From a virus (Duplodnaviria; Caudoviricetes), in the IMG/VR virus record IMGVR_UViG_3300046534_001237, positions 1 through 57,306 of that record: a stretch of DNA of 57,306 bases; one strand, given 5' to 3'. A program made the position numbers and the translations under genes. Shown in pieces: positions 24,401 to 31,795 of this stretch (position 1 is its first letter; the number at the start of each line of letters is the position of its first letter). The notes beneath the pieces were generated by a model. It was not told where the DNA came from and searched no databases. It saw only the letters and a list, made by a program, of their open reading frames with translations.

Positions 24401-27188
24401 ATAATATTGGCTTGTACTCAGGGTTTGACATACTTTTTTCACCACTATCCAACCCTAATATAATATCAGCACCACCCTCTGAAGCATTAACATAGTCACT
24501 TACCATCTTAAATTGTTGTGCTGTTAATTTTTGCCCTGGATACAGTTGCAAGGAAGCGAAATTTTTATTTGTGACTTTATCTTTTTTGAATGAGGATCTT
24601 ACGCCGCCGTGCCTAATTGAAAATTCCCTGTACCCTAACTCCCCTGTGGTATCAAGCCCAAGCTCTTCGTACCGTTTAATTATGTAACCATAATGATCTT
24701 GCCCTGTGGCGACCACGTTACCATCGGCCAACAACCAAGGCGATAAACTATCATCACCGTATTTAGCCAGACCTTCTGCATTTCCTACCGTGTCACCCTC
24801 CCTTACTGACCTTAACGAGTCGGTATCTTCTTTAGTGGGTTTATTGCCATCCTTGTAGAGTAATGCATTCTCTTCTTCAGTCGCTGATTTGTTACTAGCT
24901 TGAGTGATTGCCTCGCTTGTAGCTGTAATCGCCTCAGCGGTCACTGGGGCAGTCTCAGTTGGCACGTTTAAGCTCGTTTGATCACGTTTAGGCACGTTTG
25001 GCACGTTTGGCACGTTTTGAGACGTAAGTTGCTTAGATACTGAACCTGCTTCGCTGTATGTCTCGACCAAAATATCAGGTCGTATTTTTTGAATTGAGTC
25101 TCGTATGCTTGTCACTGCCTCTGGGTGAGCATTGTTTACTAGAATAGCGCCAACACCGGACATATCGCCACCTATGCGCTCGCCAGGTCTAGCAACCATT
25201 ATCAATGGACCAGTTCGGTAAGATGTGCCGCTAGCAGTTCCTAGTCCAGCTCCAGCGTTCTCGCTTGAGGTAAGTGGTGCGGTGTCTAAGAATCCATCAC
25301 TGTTACGACCCCGAGTAGGATCTGTGCCATTGGTTATCAGGTTTAATAAATTCTCTACGGCACCAGTCAGCGTAGCTTCTTTGCCCATGCCATGAGATTC
25401 CAATTCATTGCCACCGTTTTCAGCTGCATCATTAAAGCCTGAAATAGTATCGGTGTTAGCCATTCCGCCTTCGAACCACTCATCTGTTCGGCGACTTCTG
25501 TTAGTGGTATCCCAGTTAAGGATAGATTGGTCCTGCTCTACTGCCTCACTTGGCATCTGGCTACGAATTAATCCTGACTGCTCAACATTCTCAACTTCTG
25601 ATTCGGGCGTTGATTGAGTACCGGGGAGTTCTTGGAAAGGAAGATCTTCGATATTAATGTCACCCATGACCATTCCACCAGGTTTAACATCAAGCGCTTC
25701 TGGCTCCATGCTGGTTCCTGGCAAAACATTGGGTCCTTCGATCTGACCACCAACAATACCTCTGCCACCTTGTACTTCAGGCATTGGCAGAATATCAATT
25801 TCTTCACTGATGACGCCTTCAAGATCAGGGTAAGTGGTTGGAAGAATATCGATTTCTTCACCAACAACATCTTCAGACTCAGGATAGGCAACCGGAAGAA
25901 TATCAATTTCTTCGACCTGACTTGTATCAATGTTGATGTCAGTATCACCAAATACTTCAGCTCTTATTCTTTCGGCTTGAACATTGGCATCCATCTCAAG
26001 ATCAGGCGCCACAACTTCAACAGCATTCGAGTCTCGGAAAACTTTACCAGCCTGGTTGATGTAGGTATCACGAACAATGTTACCCCTACGGGTTACTGTC
26101 TGAACGTCTTGGCCACCACCAGCTCTATGAGTGGGTGTGAATAGCTCTACTGGTTGTTCTGTTTGATCGTTTTGTTCTGGTGGCTCTGACTGACGTTCAC
26201 CCCTATTTACAATCGCTCCTACTGTGCCTAAAGTGCCGCCAACAGTTACACCGCCAACTAAACCTTGAAGACCTCTTTCTGTCGACGCTAATGCGTATTC
26301 AGATCCAGTCATCTTTGAACCAGCCTCAGTCCCTAATATTTCAGCGCCATATTCCATCTGCTCTTGTACAAATTCAGTTCCACCTTCCCCAACCGCCGCT
26401 TTTAGTATTTTAGTTCCAGCTGTTCCGCCAGCCACAAAGGCAGAGGCTATTCTGTTAAAACCAAACTTCTCCATAGCGCCGATCAATGCGGTAGTCGTGC
26501 CAGCAATAGCCCAATCTTTTTCACTTGGCTCGCCTTTGCGTCCATCGTTAGAAGCTCTGTCTTGAGCAATCTGCTCACTAAATGATGCCCACCAAGCAGG
26601 GAACATAGTTACCGCGAAAAACATATCTGGTAATGATGCAATTCCTGTTTCAATACCGAATGCCGCTAGGTTTTTAGCTTTCTCTAAAATATTGGGATTG
26701 CTTTTCATTTTCTCCCAGTAGTTTTCCTCTACCGAACCATATTCAACTTCGGTAAATTCTTTTTGAAGATCTTCAAGCATCATTGAAGATTCTGATTCTT
26801 GATATTTATCCCACTCAACAGGGTCAAGGTATTTAAACCCCGGCTTTTCATCAGATAAAGGAGCGCCAGGAGTAGCTGCGAATCCACCTACATTCATTCT
26901 ATCGTCTAAGAATCCACCTACTGTTTCAGCGGCACCGTAAAGATTCCCGCCCAGCTCGGCAAATCTCTCCCCGACTTTTCGAGACGCGTTGCCTAATAAT
27001 GAATTTTCTGATTCAAATTCCTTTATCTTGGCGTCCGATGGGTCCACATATTTTTCTGACACGGATGGATCGCTATCACTTTCAGACATAAGCGGGTCGT
27101 CTTGCTCATCAGACAAGAATGAATAGTCCAGAAGACTAGATTCTTCCTCTGGCTCAGAATCGTTTATAAATGAGTAATCGAGTGCCAT
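21414..27188 (-). CDS. Giant internal virion (DarB-like/polyvalent) protein with a C-terminal amino (N6A-type) DNA methyltransferase
   Basis: N-terminal Gly/Ala-rich helical ejection-protein region (GEGGTEFVQE); C-terminal DFFPTP, VLEPSAGMG and IIMNPPFS. Confidence 0.82.
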   Translation of the reverse strand: MALDYSFINDSEPEEESSLLDYSFLSDEQDDPLMSESDSDPSVSEKYVDPSDAKIKEFESENSLLGNASRKVGERFAELGGNLYGAAETVGGFLDDRMNVGGFAATPGAPLSDEKPGFKYLDPVEWDKYQESESSMMLEDLQKEFTEVEYGSVEENYWEKMKSNPNILEKAKNLAAFGIETGIASLPDMFFAVTMFPAWWASFSEQIAQDRASNDGRKGEPSEKDWAIAGTTTALIGAMEKFGFNRIASAFVAGGTAGTKILKAAVGEGGTEFVQEQMEYGAEILGTEAGSKMTGSEYALASTERGLQGLVGGVTVGGTLGTVGAIVNRGERQSEPPEQNDQTEQPVELFTPTHRAGGGQDVQTVTRRGNIVRDTYINQAGKVFRDSNAVEVVAPDLEMDANVQAERIRAEVFGDTDINIDTSQVEEIDILPVAYPESEDVVGEEIDILPTTYPDLEGVISEEIDILPMPEVQGGRGIVGGQIEGPNVLPGTSMEPEALDVKPGGMVMGDINIEDLPFQELPGTQSTPESEVENVEQSGLIRSQMPSEAVEQDQSILNWDTTNRSRRTDEWFEGGMANTDTISGFNDAAENGGNELESHGMGKEATLTGAVENLLNLITNGTDPTRGRNSDGFLDTAPLTSSENAGAGLGTASGTSYRTGPLIMVARPGERIGGDMSGVGAILVNNAHPEAVTSIRDSIQKIRPDILVETYSEAGSVSKQLTSQNVPNVPNVPKRDQTSLNVPTETAPVTAEAITATSEAITQASNKSATEEENALLYKDGNKPTKEDTDSLRSVREGDTVGNAEGLAKYGDDSLSPWLLADGNVVATGQDHYGYIIKRYEELGLDTTGELGYREFSIRHGGVRSSFKKDKVTNKNFASLQLYPGQKLTAQQFKMVSDYVNASEGGADIILGLDSGEKSMSNPEYKPILLSDLKLKHTEAGGAITATSEAITQASNEAATSPTNSLPELDFIPTHETSNGEQVVATEEENVFTDRDGNEVEDNYATPIKKAQLKTKTEETFGPKAGQEAEPVKAPPGTGSERANKQSELKPEAVKKTPEDEKPVYEDPIMGPIDATIDKISDGGLKVDELQSSYKMLIDNEQSIKEGLSKLTKPQLIAKYNVGRYEQDKKARVVDAAYDDLKNDFLRPTATDTGFIITSYSFNKDERQQKELDRIMAITQEMIDGYAEKVAKSKVDYKAKLDESSKGMKNPETIQDYKNILNKLGDDAGVKTFSEARALMPLDQRLKFDNLVAKESRSKRVFTKDEQRTRVNSGSQMVEGEIIETTHTKKGYDLFVVQLAERVDKEDFLTLKNSSKKIGGYYSSYRGNGATPGFTFTEKEQAEAFIKLAAGDTSQATEVAQDRVDSFKDDRSQSSVERLLDMAGKLDDRGNTALNSDRKTNTSKRAGQAASAIDKAEGEIAMAETMNNIANGIENGDIQFLDQVRTKTQIDMLDTFVHVGKSSEAIAIHDGDYKKQENMRQQPATSETVEYIEFPTYRVWRSDLARLGRELQQLSGTKLLGNRLLKIADDSSKQYEMFAKENINKVSVFYKKDATDAVFKTKKEADITIQTSGFGGQAISLKVKNGKHQVVMSPSEAQRRGVWTGGTDTRVSINQDFAQEIIAKVNRKQIRVPWQLENSNDKRKRLRSMNIETAAEFRSALQEYVGLRKQQNAPDKIKEMERSMVGRQKDGLDFFPTPAFIADEMIEAADIQEGMTVLEPSAGMGHIAEQIRSSGVEPDVIEMSNKRVELLEAKGFNVVGRDFMEFNSEDGKLYDRIIMNPPFSDRRDSEHIKHAYDLLKPGGRLVSIAGEGVFFGNDKKAKAFRDWVDSVGGTDEKLDEGTFNDPSLPVSTGVNTRMLVIDKGETMFRMEDADPYLSMRGKDISYEVEVEETGEIYTVTSDAAETMTDIDNRISVLEKLRDCI
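24325..24932. repeat. 38-bp perfect direct repeat (24325-24362 and 24895-24932), 570 bp apart, inside the 1924-aa gene
   Basis: ctagcttgagtgattgcctcgcttgtagctgtaatcgc occurs twice and encodes AITATSEAITQAS. Confidence 0.93.
24991..25017. repeat. 9-bp tandem repeat (NVP x3)
   Basis: ggcacgttt x3. Confidence 0.8.
25788..25914. repeat. Degenerate 54-bp repeat encoding EEIDILP three times
   Basis: gaatatc(a/g)atttcttc recurs three times with an 18-aa period. Confidence 0.8.
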
Positions 27189-27994
27189 TACTTTATGGAC
27201 ATCCAGGTTTCTTCAATTTCAGACAGTTTTTCTTTACCGTAACGCTTAGTCATCATTTCAAGGAAGCGTTTTTTAGTCATTGGTCTACCGCCGACATTTT
27301 TACTTTCTTCGGTACCAGAAGTTTTTACAGGGTTTCGGTTATTGCTCTGACTTGAAGCAAGCTCTTCTTCTGTTCGCTTTTTAACCTCGGGGTCATTCTG
27401 ATTCCATTCATTGCCTGGAATAAAATCATTATCAGACCCATCTTCTTTGCTCATGGTTTTTGCCACTAATGTTCTTTCGTCTACCGTTGATCTTGTTCTA
27501 GTCGATTTTTCACCAGGTTGTAGCACTTCAACTACGCCAGCATCATTTTGTTTCAATGAGTAAACCTTTTTGTGCCCGTCCGGAGTTACTACGACAGCCG
27601 TAAGATTCCCCTCATTATCTGTATATTCAATTGTGGCATTTTTAAAAGTAGCGGTCATTGCGCCTTCAAAGGTAAGGCCACCTCTCTTCATTAAATATTC
27701 AACATTCTTCATCTGATTTGTTGGCTTTTCGCCTTCTTTCTTATCAGCTTTAGCTTTAGATTCAACTATTCCTTCCCTTGAAGCTCTATCAAGAGCGCTT
27801 TCAGAAGCAGTGAATTCCTCACCGGCTAGTCGCTCATCGGTTTGATAACCTCGCTTTTCTTTGTTAAGCGCCTTATTGCGAAGAAATTCTGATTCGTCAC
27901 GTTCTGTTTGTAAATCTTTAGCAAACTGCATTTGCCCGAATTGTGCCATTGCATTACCAGCACCGCCTAAGAATCCTCTGATGATTCCGCCCAT
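27188..27994 (-). CDS. Putative internal virion/ejection protein
   Basis: Gly-rich N-terminus (MGGIIRGFLGGAG) then a charged helix; TAATG-coupled to both neighbours. Confidence 0.62.
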   Translation of the reverse strand: MGGIIRGFLGGAGNAMAQFGQMQFAKDLQTERDESEFLRNKALNKEKRGYQTDERLAGEEFTASESALDRASREGIVESKAKADKKEGEKPTNQMKNVEYLMKRGGLTFEGAMTATFKNATIEYTDNEGNLTAVVVTPDGHKKVYSLKQNDAGVVEVLQPGEKSTRTRSTVDERTLVAKTMSKEDGSDNDFIPGNEWNQNDPEVKKRTEEELASSQSNNRNPVKTSGTEESKNVGGRPMTKKRFLEMMTKRYGKEKLSEIEETWMSIK

Positions 27995-28626
27995 TACATT
28001 GCACCCGCTGCGTTACCCGATTGAACTTGACTACCGACAATACCAGGCTTTGGCTGCATAGCTTGCCCGACACCTTCAGCAATAGGAGTCTTCTGTGGCT
28101 GACCTTCTTCTGCAAGACCTCGATCGACTTCGGCTTGAGCTTGAGCTTGAAACTCTGGTGTTATTTCGCCATTAGCTATTTGACCATCACCATAATATTT
28201 TGCGCCATACATCAAAGCATCGGTTACTTGCTGCTCTTCGTCTTTGTCAGAATCGTATTGAAAAATGTTATTTGCTTTACCGAGTTCATTTAGATCATCA
28301 ACAACTTCGGCACCAGCGTTAATCACAATACCAGTATCGATATCACGACCAGCCTGCTTGCTAGAGTCGACTAGGGACTTCATGATCATTGCACCAGCCT
28401 GACCCATCACTTGCGCGGGAGACTCACCAGTACCCAGTAAGGTTAAGATCTTTTCTTTACCAGAACCAAAGATCATTTTGCGAGCCCGAACAGTCAGAAA
28501 GTCATACATCATCTGCTCTTCTTCACTTGCAGCTTCTTCGCCATCTTCGTTAAGAATTGGATCAGGATCTTTAGTGCCGCCAAATCCCCTAGGATCAGTG
28601 GTTGAGTCTTCTACATTCATTTCCAT
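27994..28626 (-). CDS. Hypothetical acidic protein of the ejection cluster
   Basis: ORF in the operon. Confidence 0.7.
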   Translation of the reverse strand: MEMNVEDSTTDPRGFGGTKDPDPILNEDGEEAASEEEQMMYDFLTVRARKMIFGSGKEKILTLLGTGESPAQVMGQAGAMIMKSLVDSSKQAGRDIDTGIVINAGAEVVDDLNELGKANNIFQYDSDKDEEQQVTDALMYGAKYYGDGQIANGEITPEFQAQAQAEVDRGLAEEGQPQKTPIAEGVGQAMQPKPGIVGSQVQSGNAAGAM

Positions 28627-28638
28627 TATCTAATACCT

Positions 28639-29364
28639 TTAAGCGAATTCGCCCCGTTTATTCATATCGGGGAGCTGGTCCCGAGGAATAGGGCGATTTT
28701 GGTTTTGATTTTGAACTTGATTATTTGCTACTTGTTGACCAGCGACTACAGGAGCATTCGTAGTCGGTGATGTAGAAGCAGAATTATTACTGGTTGGTGG
28801 TGGATTGTTCATTTGACGATTAACAACTCCAGAGCTGCCATCATAATTAAAACCCATTAAGCCTCGATCTTTTTTAGAAGCTTCTTGTCGATCCATCATA
28901 TCGCTTTCGGCATCAGCACCGGCTATTCCAGCTACGCCTTGACCCACCATCATTGCAGCCATTGGATTAGCTTGTAACCAACCCATCATGCCTGTTTCTG
29001 CGGTCTTCTTAACAACTTCATTGCCAACCGTATTGGCTACCACATTGCCTGTGTTAGCTGCAGCTGATCCACCCATGCCAGCCGAAAGATTGCCCGGCAT
29101 AGTAGACGCTTGAGCGACTGTGGATGCAGTGGCACCAGCTGACGCAGTACCGCCCATACCAGCCGATAAGTTTCCAGGCAAGTTAGCTGTGGCACCTCCC
29201 CAGGTCGTAGCTCCCGTTGCCGTAGAAGCCCCCACTGATGGGGCAGCAAAGGCACTCATAGCAGCGCTAGCGGTGTAATAAATAGCAACCGCCATTATCG
29301 CTGGCTTGATAAGTGGTTCTAACTTTTTAAATACTTTCCCAATGCTCTTAGCTATGCCGCTCAT
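28639..29364 (-). CDS. Putative DNA pilot/ejection protein
   Basis: MSGIAKSIGKVFKK amphipathic start; Ala/Gly/Thr-rich with hydrophobic segments. Confidence 0.62.
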   Translation of the reverse strand: MSGIAKSIGKVFKKLEPLIKPAIMAVAIYYTASAAMSAFAAPSVGASTATGATTWGGATANLPGNLSAGMGGTASAGATASTVAQASTMPGNLSAGMGGSAAANTGNVVANTVGNEVVKKTAETGMMGWLQANPMAAMMVGQGVAGIAGADAESDMMDRQEASKKDRGLMGFNYDGSSGVVNRQMNNPPPTSNNSASTSPTTNAPVVAGQQVANNQVQNQNQNRPIPRDQLPDMNKRGEFA

Positions 29365-29822
29365 GATTTTGTACTCATTGTGTAAATACCACCAACTTTA
29401 TGTAGCCCTAATTTACCATACATCTCGCCAACTCTCTCGAAATCACCTATACCACTCGAAATCCCTAATGTTACTCGAACGACTTTGGGCTTGCTTTTTG
29501 CCCAATCAATAAAGCTTTTCAATACTTTTGGCGCTAGATGTCGATAATCTTTTCGGATATAAAAGGCGATATCTGTGCCATATCTTTTACGACTAAAAAA
29601 TAGATCATCAATAATGCCAAGTAAAAACCCTTGAGGTTTATCATCATCATCGACTACCACGATAACCCTACTGCTTTTTTGGCCCATCATGTTAGCTACC
29701 ATTAGTTTGAACTTGGGTACATCTGGCGCAACGTCGCTATAATCACTTTCCTGAAGTAGCTCCATGCCAAGATCAACAATAGCTTTCATATCGGGTATAT
29801 CGCCTAATCGAACTTTACTCAT
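29361..29822 (-). CDS. GNAT-family acetyltransferase-like protein
   Basis: VRLG...D, GFLLG, AFYIRKDYR and MYGKLGL motifs. Confidence 0.8.
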   Translation of the reverse strand: MSKVRLGDIPDMKAIVDLGMELLQESDYSDVAPDVPKFKLMVANMMGQKSSRVIVVVDDDDKPQGFLLGIIDDLFFSRKRYGTDIAFYIRKDYRHLAPKVLKSFIDWAKSKPKVVRVTLGISSGIGDFERVGEMYGKLGLHKVGGIYTMSTKS

Positions 29823-29824
29823 CT

Positions 29825-31702
29825 CTATTGTGCATTCATGCCACCACCAGATCCTTCGCTAGAATTGCTAGAACCAAAACCCTGAAACTTATTGCTAATA
29901 CTCTGAAAATTTCCTCCATCAACCTCTGGCCTTGGTTCTGGCCGCTCTGGCGAAAAATCAGTGTCCCATTTCCAACCAGTAAAACCAGATAGCACATCGT
30001 CATAAACCGCTAACTGAGCATCCCGGTTATCCTGTACTAGCTGAATGGCTGATGCTTGTTGTTCAGCTGATCTATCGCTCATTCCAATATCCACAATCTG
30101 TTTCTGCGTGTCTCGAATAATGGTGTTCATAGTTGTCACTATCTGAAGCTGACTTTCGTCTGAAAACTTCTCATTGTTCATGTGAACTTCAAACGCTTGT
30201 CTAAGAGCTGAATCTTTTACCATTTCGGCATCACGAAGCGAACTTTCCAGTCTTGCCAGGCTTTCATTTAGTGATGAGCTATTATTATCTCTGTTGACAT
30301 TAAATACATGCAATGCCTCGTCGCGCCTTCTTTCCAATGCGCTAAGATTTTCCTGCTCTGCTTGGTTTAAAGTTGATAAGTTGTCATCACGCTTAATTGT
30401 AAGGTTACTCAAGAGTTGATTTTCTTCGTTAGTTAACGCACTTCTCTGGAGTTCTTCTTCTCTATTTAAGGTAGATTGATTGGTATCTCTTTGGATATTC
30501 AAGTTGGCAGAGTTATTATCTCGCTTCATCTCTAAAGCGTTTAGATTGTTTTGTTCTTCCTGAGACAAAGATGATGCGTTATTGTCTCTCTTCATAGAAA
30601 GATCGTTAAGAACTCTATTTTCCTCGGTCGTCAGTCCACTTTGGACTGCCATTTCATTTGTTCTTAGCTGACTAGAAGCTGAATCACGTTTCATCTCTAG
30701 TGAGTTTAGGTTTTGCTGTTCAGACTGCGTGAGTGAAGATGAGTTGTTATCACGTTTCATGGATAACTGGTTAAGCAGTTCATTCTCTTGGTTTGTCAGA
30801 CCGCTCTGTACGGCCATCTCATTCTGTCTTAGATCACTCGAAGCCGAATCACGCTTCATTTCCAATGCGTTTAGGTTATTTTGCTCGGACTGGGTAAGAG
30901 ACGAAGCATTATTATCCCGCTTCATTGATAGCTGATTAAGAACCCTATTTTCTTCTGTTGTTAACGCACTCTGGTTGCTTTGCTCTGAAATATTTAGCTG
31001 GGACTGAGCTGCGTCACGCTTCATCTCTAAAGATTTAAGATTATCTTGTTCTGCCTGAGTTAACGACGAGGCGTTATTGTCACGCTTAATCGATAGCTGA
31101 TTTAATAGTTGGTTTTCTTGATTTGTTAGCCCACTCTGGACATTCATTTCCTGCCTGGTTAATTGGCTAGAAGCTGCATCCCGTTTCATTTCTAACTCTT
31201 TCAGGCTTTTTTGCTCTGCTTGCGATAGTGATGAGGCATTATTGTCGCGCTTCATTGATAACTGATTGAGTAAAGAATTCTCCTGATTACTTAAAGTGCT
31301 TTTTAATGCCATCTCACCGCGAACTAAACCACTTTTATTCCTATCTGTTTCCATATTCAGATTAGCGTTTTGGCGGTTTTCAAGGAACCTGTTTTCAGTA
31401 TTTTGGTTATTAGTGCGAGTATCAGAAAAGGTTTTTGCGTCTGGTGTGGCGATAGGTATAGCGCTATTGATTGCCGCTTCGCGACCTTCGCCTCTAGCAA
31501 TGGTGCTATTGATTAATCCCCTGCTATTCGACTGCCTAGCAGTTTCATTTTCTTGTAAGTTTACATAAGCACTACTGCCGCTCGTAAGACCTTTTAATTG
31601 CCCTTGGACCGTATCTGTTTTCTGGTTAACCTTATTCTTAACCGGCTTGACTGGATTAGTCGCGGTTTGAGAATTAGGTAACATTTGATTAGTTATTGCC
31701 AT
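29825..31702 (-). CDS. Long coiled-coil ejection protein with 55-aa (5x11) repeats
   Basis: N-terminal NSRGLINST motif; repeats of NQENxLLNQLS-MKRDNNASSLT-QxEQxNLxxLE-MKRDxASSQLx-xNEMxVQSGLT. Confidence 0.75.
   Translation of the reverse strand: MAITNQMLPNSQTATNPVKPVKNKVNQKTDTVQGQLKGLTSGSSAYVNLQENETARQSNSRGLINSTIARGEGREAAINSAIPIATPDAKTFSDTRTNNQNTENRFLENRQNANLNMETDRNKSGLVRGEMALKSTLSNQENSLLNQLSMKRDNNASSLSQAEQKSLKELEMKRDAASSQLTRQEMNVQSGLTNQENQLLNQLSIKRDNNASSLTQAEQDNLKSLEMKRDAAQSQLNISEQSNQSALTTEENRVLNQLSMKRDNNASSLTQSEQNNLNALEMKRDSASSDLRQNEMAVQSGLTNQENELLNQLSMKRDNNSSSLTQSEQQNLNSLEMKRDSASSQLRTNEMAVQSGLTTEENRVLNDLSMKRDNNASSLSQEEQNNLNALEMKRDNNSANLNIQRDTNQSTLNREEELQRSALTNEENQLLSNLTIKRDDNLSTLNQAEQENLSALERRRDEALHVFNVNRDNNSSSLNESLARLESSLRDAEMVKDSALRQAFEVHMNNEKFSDESQLQIVTTMNTIIRDTQKQIVDIGMSDRSAEQQASAIQLVQDNRDAQLAVYDDVLSGFTGWKWDTDFSPERPEPRPEVDGGNFQSISNKFQGFGSSNSSEGSGGGMNAQ
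30280..31288 (-). repeat. Degenerate ~165-bp tandem repeat (about 6 units)
   Basis: Periodic recurrence of MKRDNN codons. Confidence 0.85.
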
Positions 31703-31795
31703 TACAATTCCTGATTAATTTATTGCCCTAAAGTGCTGCAATTATAAATGCCCATAGCGGCCTGCTTTGCGTTTTTCGGTTGCGTATGTAATTAG

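Noticed and set aside
24325-24932. DGR template/variable repeat or IS target-site duplication
   Set aside because: The core copies are identical, there is no reverse transcriptase, and the enclosed DNA is in-frame coding sequence with no transposase or terminal inverted repeats.
30280-31288. CRISPR array or DGR repeat
   Set aside because: The repeats are degenerate, in-frame coding units without unique spacers; no cas or reverse transcriptase gene is recognisable.
31741-31770. Promoter before the ejection genes
   Set aside because: A perfect TATAAT is present on the minus strand but there is no credible -35, so it is not called.
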